64,000 nt of DNA from a virus. The translations under genes were made by a program, and so were the position numbers. The stretch lies in IMG/VR virus record IMGVR_UViG_3300023179_000019. The stretch is one strand, 5' to 3'. The notes under the pieces were generated by a model. That model was not told the DNA's origin. It was given only the letters and a program-made list of their open reading frames with translations, and made no database searches. Shown here piece by piece: positions 26,887 through 38,800 of the stretch. Position 1 is the stretch's first letter, and every line of letters begins with the position of its first letter.

Positions 26887-27692
26887 TGTCAGGAGAATTA
26901 GAACTAGCACTTGAACAATCCAATAGTCAGTTGGCAGCTTTAACTGAAATTGTAGATAATAAAAAGAACTATGATCAAAAGAGTGATCAGCTTGAAGGAG
27001 TTCTTTACCCAAATAACGAATCAAATGAACCTGTAACATCATATGATTCGAAATATCCTTATAATAACGCTACGATAACTGAATCTGGTCACACTTTCGA
27101 ACTAGATGATACTCCTGGTGCTGAAAGAGTATCTTTATCACACAGAACAGGAACATTTTTCGAAATTCATCCTAGTGGTTCCAAAGTAGAAAAAATTGTA
27201 AATGATAATATGCAAATTATTGTAAAAAACAATGAAGTGTATATTATGGGTAGTGAGAAAAAGTCAACTCAAGGCAACTTAAAAGTTTACATCAAAGGAA
27301 GTGCCAAGTTACAAGTTGGTGGTGACGTTGAACTTGAAGTTAATGGTAATATGACCATGAAAGTTGATGGAATGTTTACTGCAATGGCAGAATCCTTTAA
27401 TTTCGTTGGCGATATCAATCATGTGGGCGACTTAAAATCAACAGGAAACATATTAAACCAAGGAAACATATCATCGGCTAAGAACATTCAGGCAGAACTT
27501 GATATTGTTGGCCATCAAGATTTGATTATTACCAGAAACTCAAGTATTGGTGGAAACGAAACTGTTACTGGAAATGAGACAATTATGGGTAACTTGGCCG
27601 TAGAAGGATCGACTATTGGTAACGGCATCAACTTAAATTCTCATACTCATCCTGATGCACAAGGTGGAAATACAGGACCACCAAATGCTTAA
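26886..27692 (+). CDS. gp5 C-terminal spike (beta-helix with HxH tip)
   Basis: YPYN..TESGH..E.DDTPGAER..HRTGT; VxG repeats; HTH at C-terminus. Confidence 0.8.
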   Translation: MSGELELALEQSNSQLAALTEIVDNKKNYDQKSDQLEGVLYPNNESNEPVTSYDSKYPYNNATITESGHTFELDDTPGAERVSLSHRTGTFFEIHPSGSKVEKIVNDNMQIIVKNNEVYIMGSEKKSTQGNLKVYIKGSAKLQVGGDVELEVNGNMTMKVDGMFTAMAESFNFVGDINHVGDLKSTGNILNQGNISSAKNIQAELDIVGHQDLIITRNSSIGGNETVTGNETIMGNLAVEGSTIGNGINLNSHTHPDAQGGNTGPPNA

Positions 27693-27791
27693 TTTGGAAA
27701 ATTCGAATTTTTGCGTTCCGGCCCAAGAATTTTTTCCGACAGCTTCAAGACTTCAAAAAGCAGTTTTACTTTTAAGCTTAATAAATAAACA

Positions 27792-28184
27792 ATGGCAACT
27801 AAACTAAATTTATATTCGGACATAGATTTCACCTTCACCAAGAAACCGGTGACGGGTGATGTTGCTTTGAGTTATAATGAGTCAGCTGTAATTAGATCCA
27901 TTAGAAATCTTTTACTGACGGACCAGTTTGAAAGACCTTTTAATCCAACTTTGGGTTCTAACATCAACGCTTTATTGTTTGAACCAGACACACCATTTAC
28001 AGCAAGTTCATTAGAGTCGGAAATTGAAACTACTATAAAAAATTATGAACCGAGAGCTCTTTTAAAAGAAGTAAATGTAAATCCTATGCCCGATAATAAT
28101 TCTTATAGTGTGCAATTAACATTTTACATAGAAAATGCCACATTACCAACAGTTGTAACACTTCTTTTAGAGAGAAACAGATAA
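27792..28184 (+). CDS. gp25: baseplate wedge gp25
   Basis: YSDIDF, SIRNLLLT..ERPF.P.LG, YEPR. Confidence 0.93.
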   Translation: MATKLNLYSDIDFTFTKKPVTGDVALSYNESAVIRSIRNLLLTDQFERPFNPTLGSNINALLFEPDTPFTASSLESEIETTIKNYEPRALLKEVNVNPMPDNNSYSVQLTFYIENATLPTVVTLLLERNR

Positions 28185-28185
28185 A

Positions 28186-30267
28186 ATGGCAGGCGCTAAT
28201 TCAAATATTCAAGTAACAGAATTGGATTTTAATAATATTAAGTCCAGTCTGAGAACATTTTTACAATCACAAGATGTACTGAAAGATTACAACTATGAAG
28301 GTTCTGCACTTTCAAGTCTTTTGGATATCCTTGCATACAATACACAATATAATGCGTATTACCTAAACATGGTTGCTAATGAGATGTTCTTGGATTCTTC
28401 TTTACAAAGAAGTTCTGTTGTATCTCATGCAAAACTGTTAAACTATGTTCCCAAATCGGCTTTGGCGCCCACAGCACAAATTCGTTTATCGGTAAATCAA
28501 GTAACAGATTCATCACTAACACTCCCAAAATTCACAAGATTCATTTCTGAAGCAATCGATGGAGTTAATTACACCTTTGTTACAACCGACACAAATACAG
28601 TTAATGTTGTTAACAATACGGCAACATTCGATGATCTACATATCAAACAAGGTTTACCTGCAACACTAACATTTACTGTTGATTCAATTAATAATCCAAA
28701 ATATCTGTTTGAAATACCAGATCAAGGTGTAGATACAACAACACTATCCGTTACAGTACAACAATCAGGATCAAATAGTTCTTCTGAGGCATACAGTACT
28801 GCAACCAACTTTCTAACTTTGACACCAGATTCAAAGGTATATTTCTTACAAGAAAACCTAAAAGGCAATTACGAAATTTATTTTGGTGATGACATTTTAG
28901 GTAAAAAATTATCTGATGGCAACGTTGTCATCATCACTTATGTAATCACAAAAGGAACTGCGTCAGCAGGTTCAAATAATTTTGTGTTGATGGATTCAGT
29001 TGGTGGTTATGCAAACACCGTAATCACTCCCTTAGTTTCTGCAACTCAAGGTGGAAACAAAGAATCTATCGAATCAATCAAATTTCAGGCACCAAAATCA
29101 TATTCAGCGCAGGGACGTGCGGTTTCTAAGAATGATTACATTACATTGATTCAACAAAATCAATTGGGTTATTCTTTTGATGCCGTCAACGTTTGGGGTG
29201 GAGAAGAAAATATTCCTCCTGTATATGGACAAGTATTCGTATGTCTAAAACCAACAGGTTCTTATTTGTTGACAGACACACAAAAAAGAGACATCGTTAC
29301 AGAAGTCATCAAACCTATATCAGTTTTGACCGTTTCACCAACGATTGTTGATCCGGATTACACATATATTAAAGTAAACGCCACAGTTGTTTACAACCCA
29401 ACCAAGACCAGTTATAGTTCTAGTCAGTTGAATCAAATTATAACATCTTCTATTAGAACATTTGGAAATGATACATTAAATACATTCAATTCTACCTTTT
29501 TAGGCAGCCAATTGACTTCTACAATTCAAGTTGCTGATCCTTCAATCACAACCAGCGAACTCAAGATTCAATTGCAGAAAAAATTTAATCCAGATTTGAC
29601 CGTATCAAAAACCTATTCGTTGAATTTTAATACGCCACTACAAAAAGGTATTTTATTAAGTGGTATCAGTAGTTCTCCTGCTATTCAACAAAGAAACCCA
29701 ACTACTCTAACAGAAATTATTCAGGGAATTTATATCGAAGAAGTTCCTTCAACATCTGGTGGAATTGCTTCTATATCTATTGTTAATCCAGGTTTTAATT
29801 ATACTTATGCACCAACTATTACCATTTATGGTGATGGAACTGGCGCAACAGCAGAAGCAGTTATCAACACAAGCGGAAGAATCACCAAAATCAATGTAAC
29901 CAATCCAGGAATAGGATATACAAGTGCTGTGGTGACTATCACTCCAAATGCATATGACACCACAGGATTGAATGGTGCTGCAGCAGCAATTTTAGAAGGA
30001 CAATTTGGAACACTAAGAAGTTATTATTATAATTCAAATAATGTCAAAACTATTTTTAATGCAAACGTAGGTACAGTTGATTATATAAATGGAATCGTCA
30101 CATTAGTTAACTTTAATCCTTATCAGATCGATAATCCTTTAGGCCAATTGACAATATCTGTTATTCCAACTTCAACGATAGTTGATTCTTCTTATAATAA
30201 GATTATAACTATAGATGAATACGATTCAAACGCAGTTAATGTTAGTTTAATAGCTAAAGCTCAATGA
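28186..30267 (+). CDS. gp6: baseplate wedge gp6
   Basis: LDFNNIK, DYNYEGS, LLDILAYNT, FGD..G, RAVSKNDY, VWGGE. Confidence 0.93.
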   Translation: MAGANSNIQVTELDFNNIKSSLRTFLQSQDVLKDYNYEGSALSSLLDILAYNTQYNAYYLNMVANEMFLDSSLQRSSVVSHAKLLNYVPKSALAPTAQIRLSVNQVTDSSLTLPKFTRFISEAIDGVNYTFVTTDTNTVNVVNNTATFDDLHIKQGLPATLTFTVDSINNPKYLFEIPDQGVDTTTLSVTVQQSGSNSSSEAYSTATNFLTLTPDSKVYFLQENLKGNYEIYFGDDILGKKLSDGNVVIITYVITKGTASAGSNNFVLMDSVGGYANTVITPLVSATQGGNKESIESIKFQAPKSYSAQGRAVSKNDYITLIQQNQLGYSFDAVNVWGGEENIPPVYGQVFVCLKPTGSYLLTDTQKRDIVTEVIKPISVLTVSPTIVDPDYTYIKVNATVVYNPTKTSYSSSQLNQIITSSIRTFGNDTLNTFNSTFLGSQLTSTIQVADPSITTSELKIQLQKKFNPDLTVSKTYSLNFNTPLQKGILLSGISSSPAIQQRNPTTLTEIIQGIYIEEVPSTSGGIASISIVNPGFNYTYAPTITIYGDGTGATAEAVINTSGRITKINVTNPGIGYTSAVVTITPNAYDTTGLNGAAAAILEGQFGTLRSYYYNSNNVKTIFNANVGTVDYINGIVTLVNFNPYQIDNPLGQLTISVIPTSTIVDSSYNKIITIDEYDSNAVNVSLIAKAQ

Positions 30268-33200
30268 TTCCGAACGACCAAAAAACCTCACTTTTAATTC
30301 CGTCACAACTTCCTGGATTTGTTCGGGACGAACCTGACTATGCCAATTTTGTGGCATTCGTTCAAGCATATTATGAATGGATGGAAGAAAATGGTAATGT
30401 GACGGAGAGAAGTAAGAATATATTAAACTATACAGATATTGACAGTACAACTGAAGAATTCATAGATTATTTTTTAAACGATTTTCTTGCTTATTTTCCA
30501 CCAGATGCTTTGGTGAGTAAACAACAGGCTATAAAAGTTGCCAGACAATTATATCAATCAAAAGGAACGATATCTTCATATCAATTACTTTTCAGAATGT
30601 TATTCAATTCTGATTTTGATATCTTCTACACAAAAGATGCCGTACTCAAAGCTTCAGCTGGTGTCTGGTACGTACCAAAAAGTTTAAAACTTTCAACAAA
30701 TGATTCCAGATTTTTGAACATTAAAAATTTAAGGATCTTTGGTGAAACTTCCAAATCAATTGCTACAATTGAAAACTCCATAATTTCAAGAAATAAAATA
30801 GAAGTTTTTATTTCAAATATTCAAAGATTATTTAATTCGGGTGAAATTGTACGTATTGTTGATGGCAACAATCAAGATGTGATTGTTAATGGTTCTGTAA
30901 TGAGAGCCAAGATTGTAGGTCAAGTTAGTCAAATCAATGTAGCAAAAGACATTTTAGGTAATGCATTGCGAGGATTGAATTATGAAACAGATGATCCTGT
31001 AGTTGTTTACGGTGGTTTGAACGAAGAAATTTCTAATCCAGTTGGTGCTCAAGCAAAAGTTGGACAAACAACTACTGGTTCGATTCAACGTATCAATGTC
31101 ACAAATGGTGGTTTTGGTTACAGAGTAACTCCAGAAACGTTGTTGTCATTTTATGGATTAAATGCATCATCTTCAACACCTATTGCAACCGTATCGTCTG
31201 TTGATCCGACACCGTATAACAGAGCAAATGCAACTTTTATTCCGCAAGAAACAATTAGTATAAGACAAAATATACAAATTGGAAATTCAAATTATTTCTT
31301 TGCAAACGGTTACACATTAGTGGTGAACACCAGTATGTATTCGGTCAATGCCAATACATTTCAATTAGGTGAAGGTGTTTATCAAGGACCCAGTGCAAAT
31401 CCAACTTTCTCAGGTATAGTTTCTAGGTGGGATTCTTCCAATGGCATTATTAAATTGAGTGGCGCTTCAGGTACACCTTCAAGTAATGCAAATGTGATAA
31501 GTGTTGCAACTGGAAATGTAGGGAATGTCAGAACGTTCTCAACATCAAATGCAAACACAACGATGGCTGAGGCGTTTTCATTTCTCTCGTTGGAGACATA
31601 TCCAATATCTTCCGTTGTTGTACAAAATGCTGGCGGCGGTATTAGAGTTGCCCCTACTATTATTGCAGACACATACTATTCAGCAGACTCTTTTGATCCA
31701 ACTAAAAAGGCCAATCTAAGATCGTTAGGTATTCTTGGGCCAATTCGTATCGATTCGCCAGGTGAAGGTTATCAAATAAACGATACCATCAATATTATAA
31801 ATGGATCAGGATATGGAGCATATGCAAAAGTAAGTAATGTAAGTGCTACAGGAGCAATCACAGAAACAACTTATGTGCAACAACAAGGTGCTGTTTATCC
31901 ACTTGGTGGTTTAGGTTACGGTTTTGCTTTACCTGTTCTGTCTGTTACTTCTGCAAACAATCAGGCATCAAATGCATCATTATCGGTTACTTCGGTTCTA
32001 GGTTCAGGAGCAACTTTTGATCCCGTTTTAGATAGAGTTGGTACAGTAACATCAATCGTTGTTACGGATGCAGGCGAAGATTATATTTCTAATCCATCAG
32101 TATCATTAAAAGTTATTGATACACTTGTTAACGGTGCAGATATTTTAAATCTTCCACAAAAAGGTTCAACAGTATATCAAGGTGCGGACATAAACACAGC
32201 ATCTTTTTATGCATATGTTGATTCAATTTCACAAATCACTTCAACAGTTAACGTAAATCCTGCGTTGACAAAATATAGTTTGAGAGTATATGAATACAAT
32301 TCAATACCTGTTGCTGGTTCGACTTTAAAATTTGTTGATTCAGATATTGAATTAAATCTTTTAGATGAAACTGTTTCTTCTGGTTTCTTCTATACAGGAA
32401 GTCCTGCTTTCACAAACGGCGTGAAACTATATGGTGATGGAAACGCAAGAGCTGTTGCTTCGTTCTTGAATGGTTTGGTAATTGGCCAAGGCCAGTATTT
32501 AAATTCACAAGGTCAACCAAGTTCATTCAACGTACTACAAAGTTCCATCTACAACAACTACACATACCAAATTACGGTTGAAAAAGAAATCGCAAAGTAC
32601 AGAGAAGCTTTATTAAATCTTTTACATCCAACAGGTATGAGAATCATTGGTCGATACAAATTATCGGCCAACTCAGATTACAATAATGCATTACATTCAG
32701 TTGTTTTGAATCGTGGTGATACATTATATCACTATACACAGACAAACAGTTCTAATGCTGTGATGTCTACAGATTTCTCAAATACAAGTACAAACTTAGT
32801 AAAGTTTTATAATGTTGGTGCTGGTACAAATATTGCAAACTTTATATTGGCAAACAGTTCTATTTTCTTGGCACCAACAAATGGTCCAGATATAATTTCT
32901 AAAGCTCAATTAGTGGACTATGCCAATAATCAGGTGTATCTATCAGAAAGTATATTTTTAACATATGCAAATGTTGCTCATGCAGTAGGATCCAATGGAT
33001 CAAGCACTATAAATATAACATCAGTTTATACAGATTCTTACAATATTGTTAACAATGGAGTTTATAGTAATACTGCATATCCGTTAAAAGATATTATATT
33101 TGCTGGTGATAAAATACTTGTAGCAAACAATACTGCCAAGACAGTACAGAGTATCGATTACACGACTGGAATTATTACACTAACTTCCAGTTTAACATCA

Positions 33201-33374
33201 AATGTAAACTCAAATGTTGCAGTAAGCAGAACGTTCTCAGCTGGAGGAAGTGCCGCAACCAGACAACAAGTTAGAATTTATGGTACTATTGGAACACAAT
33301 ATTATCCACAACTTGTAACTGAAAATGGTGATTCGTTAATAACAGAAGATGGAAATTTAATTCTTTTAGACTAG
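30264..33374 (+). CDS. baseplate wedge initiator (gp7-like)
   Basis: FVQAYYEWME, YQSKGT..LLFR, LLHPTGM; follows gp6. Confidence 0.75.
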   Translation: MIPNDQKTSLLIPSQLPGFVRDEPDYANFVAFVQAYYEWMEENGNVTERSKNILNYTDIDSTTEEFIDYFLNDFLAYFPPDALVSKQQAIKVARQLYQSKGTISSYQLLFRMLFNSDFDIFYTKDAVLKASAGVWYVPKSLKLSTNDSRFLNIKNLRIFGETSKSIATIENSIISRNKIEVFISNIQRLFNSGEIVRIVDGNNQDVIVNGSVMRAKIVGQVSQINVAKDILGNALRGLNYETDDPVVVYGGLNEEISNPVGAQAKVGQTTTGSIQRINVTNGGFGYRVTPETLLSFYGLNASSSTPIATVSSVDPTPYNRANATFIPQETISIRQNIQIGNSNYFFANGYTLVVNTSMYSVNANTFQLGEGVYQGPSANPTFSGIVSRWDSSNGIIKLSGASGTPSSNANVISVATGNVGNVRTFSTSNANTTMAEAFSFLSLETYPISSVVVQNAGGGIRVAPTIIADTYYSADSFDPTKKANLRSLGILGPIRIDSPGEGYQINDTINIINGSGYGAYAKVSNVSATGAITETTYVQQQGAVYPLGGLGYGFALPVLSVTSANNQASNASLSVTSVLGSGATFDPVLDRVGTVTSIVVTDAGEDYISNPSVSLKVIDTLVNGADILNLPQKGSTVYQGADINTASFYAYVDSISQITSTVNVNPALTKYSLRVYEYNSIPVAGSTLKFVDSDIELNLLDETVSSGFFYTGSPAFTNGVKLYGDGNARAVASFLNGLVIGQGQYLNSQGQPSSFNVLQSSIYNNYTYQITVEKEIAKYREALLNLLHPTGMRIIGRYKLSANSDYNNALHSVVLNRGDTLYHYTQTNSSNAVMSTDFSNTSTNLVKFYNVGAGTNIANFILANSSIFLAPTNGPDIISKAQLVDYANNQVYLSESIFLTYANVAHAVGSNGSSTINITSVYTDSYNIVNNGVYSNTAYPLKDIIFAGDKILVANNTAKTVQSIDYTTGIITLTSSLTSNVNSNVAVSRTFSAGGSAATRQQVRIYGTIGTQYYPQLVTENGDSLITEDGNLILLD

Positions 33375-33382
33375 GGTAATAA

Positions 33383-34495
33383 ATGTCAACAGTAAAAATA
33401 TCACAACTACCACTCATTACGGCATTAAATGCTAACACAGCCAATAGTTTGTTTATGGGTGTCGATATTCCAACAGGTGTTACCGGTAAATTTACCGCAC
33501 ATACGTTGGCGGCGAACCTTTACTCCAACGAAATATTAAATGTTGGTGTCAATCAACAGAACTTACCTAATACGATTGCACAATTTTCTTTGGGTGGCCA
33601 ATCATATATTCAGACCAACCTTGTTAATACTGATGATGGTGGTACGGCTGACATTGTTGTAACTGCAAACGTAGGTTCTGGTGGTACGGATGCAGCCAAC
33701 TTTATCGATATGGGTTATGCAAACAAGAACTATCAACCAGGTTCCGCGTTTAATAATATTGGTAATGCTGTTAATCCAAAAGATGGTTATCTTTATGTTC
33801 AAGGTACCGCAGGATCAAACGGTGGCAACTTAATTGTTGGTACAACTACATCGAATACAACATTAAAGTTTATTGTTGGTGGTGGTACAAGTGCAAATAT
33901 TGTTGCTTCGATGACTTCTAATAGTCTAGTGTTGAATACACAATCGTTTATTACTTTTGCTGATGGTACAAAACAAATTACGGCTGCAGCTTCTAATGCG
34001 TATTCACAGGCAGCTTTTGCGGCCGCAAATACTGCAGCGGCCAATATTTCTGTAATTCAAGGTGTAGCATATGGTAAAGAAAATGGATCTATTCTATATG
34101 CGAATAATAATTTAATTGTTGCTTCAAATACTGTAGTTATCAATGAGTCAGCAGGAACAGTTTATATTCCAAATGGACTACAAGCAAATACAAGAAGTTA
34201 CTCAGGAAATCAAACATCTGCAACATTGAACTTTTTGACCGACACATGGGTTCATGCAAATTTGACAGCAAACTTTGCCGTTACACTAGGAAACTTTACG
34301 CCTGGAAGTGAAATTCATTTGTGGATTACAAACGTTGGTGGTCCGGCAAGAACAATTACACATGGTTGTTCTGCACTCAATTCAACCGTGGGCGCAACAA
34401 CATTTAGTTTAGGTGGTGGAACATCAGCACGATTAAAATATTATTCTTTTGATGGTAACCTAGCAAACACTTATGTAACTGTTTCATATTCATAA
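33383..34495 (+). CDS. virion structural/fibre protein
   Basis: VKISQLP N-terminus; beta-rich, N/T/G-rich. Confidence 0.6.
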   Translation: MSTVKISQLPLITALNANTANSLFMGVDIPTGVTGKFTAHTLAANLYSNEILNVGVNQQNLPNTIAQFSLGGQSYIQTNLVNTDDGGTADIVVTANVGSGGTDAANFIDMGYANKNYQPGSAFNNIGNAVNPKDGYLYVQGTAGSNGGNLIVGTTTSNTTLKFIVGGGTSANIVASMTSNSLVLNTQSFITFADGTKQITAAASNAYSQAAFAAANTAAANISVIQGVAYGKENGSILYANNNLIVASNTVVINESAGTVYIPNGLQANTRSYSGNQTSATLNFLTDTWVHANLTANFAVTLGNFTPGSEIHLWITNVGGPARTITHGCSALNSTVGATTFSLGGGTSARLKYYSFDGNLANTYVTVSYS

Positions 34496-34505
34496 TAAAT
34501 AAATC

Positions 34506-35864
34506 ATGGCAAATAAACAACTATTAACGTACGGCGCAAAAGCAAAACAGGTAGAACAAGCCTATTTTGCACCAACGGCCGGAGTCATCTCAACATACAT
34601 GTTTTTGGCGAACGTTGATCCTTGGGATGACGATGCTAATCCGCCAGCACCAACACAAGACCAAGCTTCAATTAAAAAAATATTTAAAAAAATATTTGCA
34701 GCAAAACAAGTTACAGTTAATGACATTACACCTGTTATTCAAAGAATTGACTGGACATCTGGCGTCACATATGATTATTATGATGATACTGTTGATATGT
34801 TTGAAATTGATCAAAACGGATATTTCGTCAGATCATTTTACGTAAAGAATAAGTACGACCAAATTTTTAAATGTCTATGGAATAATAACGATTCACCATC
34901 AACCAGTGAACCTTTTTTTCAACCCGGCAACTATAGTCCTAATAATATCTATCAGGGTAATGATGGATATAAATGGAAATATATTTACACGGTTGAAATT
35001 GGTACAAAAGTAAAATTTATGGACTCTGATTGGTTACCAATACCAGTTGGAGATAAAACACCAAATCCACTAACTAGTGCTGCCGGCGTTGGTTGTATTG
35101 ATGTTATCAACGTAATAGATGGTGGTTCAGATTATGTTCCAGGAACTTCTCCTATTACTGTAACGATTACTGGTGATGGTTCTGGTGCAACAGCGCAGGT
35201 AGCTAACGTGACAAACGGTTCAATTACTGATATTACCGTTCTAACACCAGGAACAAATTATAGTTTTGCAAATGTTGCTATAACTTCCGCCAATGGTTCT
35301 GGAGTTATTGTAACTGCGCCTATTTCTCCTGTCTCTGGCCACGGCTACGATCCAATTTCTGAACTAGGTTGTGCTCACGTTATGTATTGTGTTGAGTTTA
35401 ATGGTCCAGAATATATTAACGGTGTTGTTAATGTTCCAACAGACATTACATATTATCAAGTGGGTTTAGTGATTGATCCAGTTTCAACTGAGACAAGTCC
35501 AAATCCTGCCAACGGAACAATTTACCGAACATCAACAGATTTAACTGTAGCTTCTGGTTTTGGAACATATCTTTCTGATGAGATTTTATATCAAGGAACT
35601 TCTTTAACCGCAGCAACTTTTAAAGGTACCGTATTAAGTCACGATACAGGAAACAACGTGATAAAGCTGATAAATACAGTAGGCACACTAACTTATAATG
35701 CACCGGTTTTTGGAAACACCACACAGACTGTGAGAACATTATTGACAAGTTCATCACCTTCATATGTTGTTTCTTCTGGTTACATAGCATACATAGAGAA
35801 TAGATCCGGTATACAAAGAAGTGATGATGGCATAGAACAATTTAAAATTATATTAGGTTTCTAA
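34506..35864 (+). CDS. gp8: baseplate wedge gp8
   Basis: RIDWTSG..YD.Y, FKCLWN, DGYKWKYIY, YIENR..EQFKII. Confidence 0.88.
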   Translation: MANKQLLTYGAKAKQVEQAYFAPTAGVISTYMFLANVDPWDDDANPPAPTQDQASIKKIFKKIFAAKQVTVNDITPVIQRIDWTSGVTYDYYDDTVDMFEIDQNGYFVRSFYVKNKYDQIFKCLWNNNDSPSTSEPFFQPGNYSPNNIYQGNDGYKWKYIYTVEIGTKVKFMDSDWLPIPVGDKTPNPLTSAAGVGCIDVINVIDGGSDYVPGTSPITVTITGDGSGATAQVANVTNGSITDITVLTPGTNYSFANVAITSANGSGVIVTAPISPVSGHGYDPISELGCAHVMYCVEFNGPEYINGVVNVPTDITYYQVGLVIDPVSTETSPNPANGTIYRTSTDLTVASGFGTYLSDEILYQGTSLTAATFKGTVLSHDTGNNVIKLINTVGTLTYNAPVFGNTTQTVRTLLTSSSPSYVVSSGYIAYIENRSGIQRSDDGIEQFKIILGF

Positions 35865-35873
35865 AGGAAAAAA

Positions 35874-38800
35874 ATGGCTCTGAATTTTAACGTAGACCCG
35901 TATTATGACGATTTTGATCCGTCTAAAAATTTCCATCGCATACTTTTCAAACCAGGTGCTGCTGTACAGGCTCGGGAATTAACTCAAGCTCAAACAATTT
36001 TACAAAATCAAATATCAAATTTTGCTGACAGTATTTTTTCTCAGAACACACCCGTCACTGGCGGTAAAGTAACAACGAATTTAAATTGTCATTACTTAAA
36101 ATTAAATCTACAATACAATAACGTCAACATTAGTGCCGCTTCTTTCTTGAATAAAATCATTCAAGATTCTACTGGCACAATTATCGCAAAAGTTATTGCA
36201 ACAGCTGAATCTACCGGTACTGTTACTGCTGCAGGTGATCCACCTACGTTAATTCTTTCTTACTTATCTGGCATACATTTTTCTGACAATATGTTGATTG
36301 TACCAACTGATGGTACAAATATTGGCGCAACAACTATTGGTATTACAGGCGGCACAACTTGTTCGGGTCTATCATCTGTTGCTTCCATTTCTGATGGTGT
36401 TTTCTATGTCGTAAATGGTTATTCTCAATCATCAACCGCAAATCAAGACGGTAGTTTCACAAAATATTCGGTTGGTAACTTTGTTGCTGTACAACCACAA
36501 ACAATTATTCTTTCTAAGTATGGAAACACACCATCTTATCGTGTAGGACTGTCCATAACAGAGACAATTGTAGATTACGTTAACGACTCATCACTATTGG
36601 ATCCAGCTATTGGAGCATCTAATTACCAAGCTCCTGGTGCAGATAGATATGCAATCATTCTTTCATTAATTGCTTTACCTTTATCTCTAGGTAGTGATGA
36701 TGCGTTTATTGAATTGTTGAGAATGGAAAATGGAGACATATTAAAACAAGTTGACAGTACTGTTTATTCCGTAATTGATGATTATTTTGCAAAACGTGAT
36801 TATGAAAGTAATGGTGACTACATTGTTAATGATTTCAAGTTAACTCCATCGGCAAATACGATCAATAGTGCAAAATATAATATGAGTATTGGTAAAGGTG
36901 TTGCATATGTACACGGTTACCGCATAGAGAATCAATCACCATTGACGATTGTTAGTGATAGAGCTCGTGCAACAAAAACGATTGACACAAATAATGTTTA
37001 TTTAGATTATGGAAATTATTTCTATGTCGATACATCCAATGGTTCTTTCGATATCACAACAATGCCTGTTGTGGACCTACATTGCGTAGAATCAATCAAC
37101 ATTTCTGCAAATAACAATACAGGTACGGCTAATGCAAACACATATACATCAACATTAGTTGGTACGGCTCGCATTAGAGACTTGCAATATGTGACTGATG
37201 GTGGCAGTTCAAATACAAAATCATATGTTTATCAATCATATGTTTCAGACATTTCAACCAGAACAATTTCTGGCGTAGCAAAAGTTTCCGGTTCTTCTGT
37301 GACAACTTTGGCTATTGATGACGGTAGTCGTGCAAACTTCTCCACATCAGCCAATGCATACTATGGAATGACAGTCACTATAACTAGCGGCACATCCGCA
37401 GGTGACATACGAACCATTTCTTCTTATAACGGAACAACAAAAGTAATTACTGTTACATCTCCGTTCACTTTTGTTCCTGATGCAACCACTCAATTCAAAT
37501 TAACTTTAACACCAAAGAGTGTTGAATCTATTGTTGTTAAAGACGGTTCTTATTCTTTTTCTGCAAACTCCAATATTAATACCATTTACGGTAAACAAAG
37601 TGCTGTAGTAACTGGCGACACCGTGTTGACAAATCCTGGATATCCAGAGATGGTTTTCACAATTGGCAATCCATATGTTGCGAATGTATCTAGTTCCAGT
37701 TACACATCAACAAAGATTTATCGTAACCAAGCGATTTCAAACACAGTACCATTAACCATATCCGCAACAGGAACATTTACTTTCATCGGTAATGGTGCAT
37801 TAAGTTCTGATGCAAAGAAACAAAACTTTATTGTTGTCAGCAAAACGACAGGTCAAATATTGGATTTCTCGACAACTGGTAATACAATTACTGTAACAAG
37901 TGGAACACAAGCAACGTTTTCGACCACGAAATGGAATGATACAGTTGATATTATTGCAAACATTAATATTCCATATGCAGATCATGCTACGGATGGTGGT
38001 CTGGTATTAAAATCTAAAAACTTAGTTACTGGTAATACGACAGCTGTTGGAACATTAACTGCTGTAACAGGTACATCAAATACAACAATTGATTTGACAA
38101 AAGGTCAAACATATATTACTAACGCAACAACTAGAAACCCACAAATTTCGTTGTATGTTTCAGATGTTAAGAAAATTAAAAAGATTATTGATACCGGCGC
38201 TCCAGGTACTGCACCAACAGCAGCAATGTTAACTGCTGCTCAATATGATGTAACAAATCAATATACATTAAACAATGGCCAAAAAGATAGTTTTTATGAT
38301 CACGCCTATTTGAAACCTTTGGTCGGTGCTGCAAAAGGTAACTTATTAGTAGTCTACGATTTCTATACACACGGTGGCGGCGATGGTTACTTTAGTGTGT
38401 TATCATATCAATCAACTGGTGGAGGTTTCTCAACATCACCAGAAACATATTCAGAAATTGGAAGTTACACAGCTTCGTCAGGTAAGACATATCGTTTAGC
38501 TGATTGTTTAGATTTTAGACCAGTTAGAACAAACGCAACAACAGCAACTACTTTCAACTATCAAAATTCTTCTGCTTCTAAAGGTATGTTGATACCACAG
38601 AACTTGACACAGTTCCAAAGTTCTTATTCATATTACCTTGGTAGAAAAGATATATTAGTATTGAGTAAAGACAAGAGTTTTGAAATTATTCAAGGCGTTC
38701 CTTCTTTAACTCCTGTTTTTCCAACACAACCAGAAGGTTCATTGTTATTAGCTAATCTAACACATGATCCATATACTGCTTATGTTCCAGGTGAAAATCC

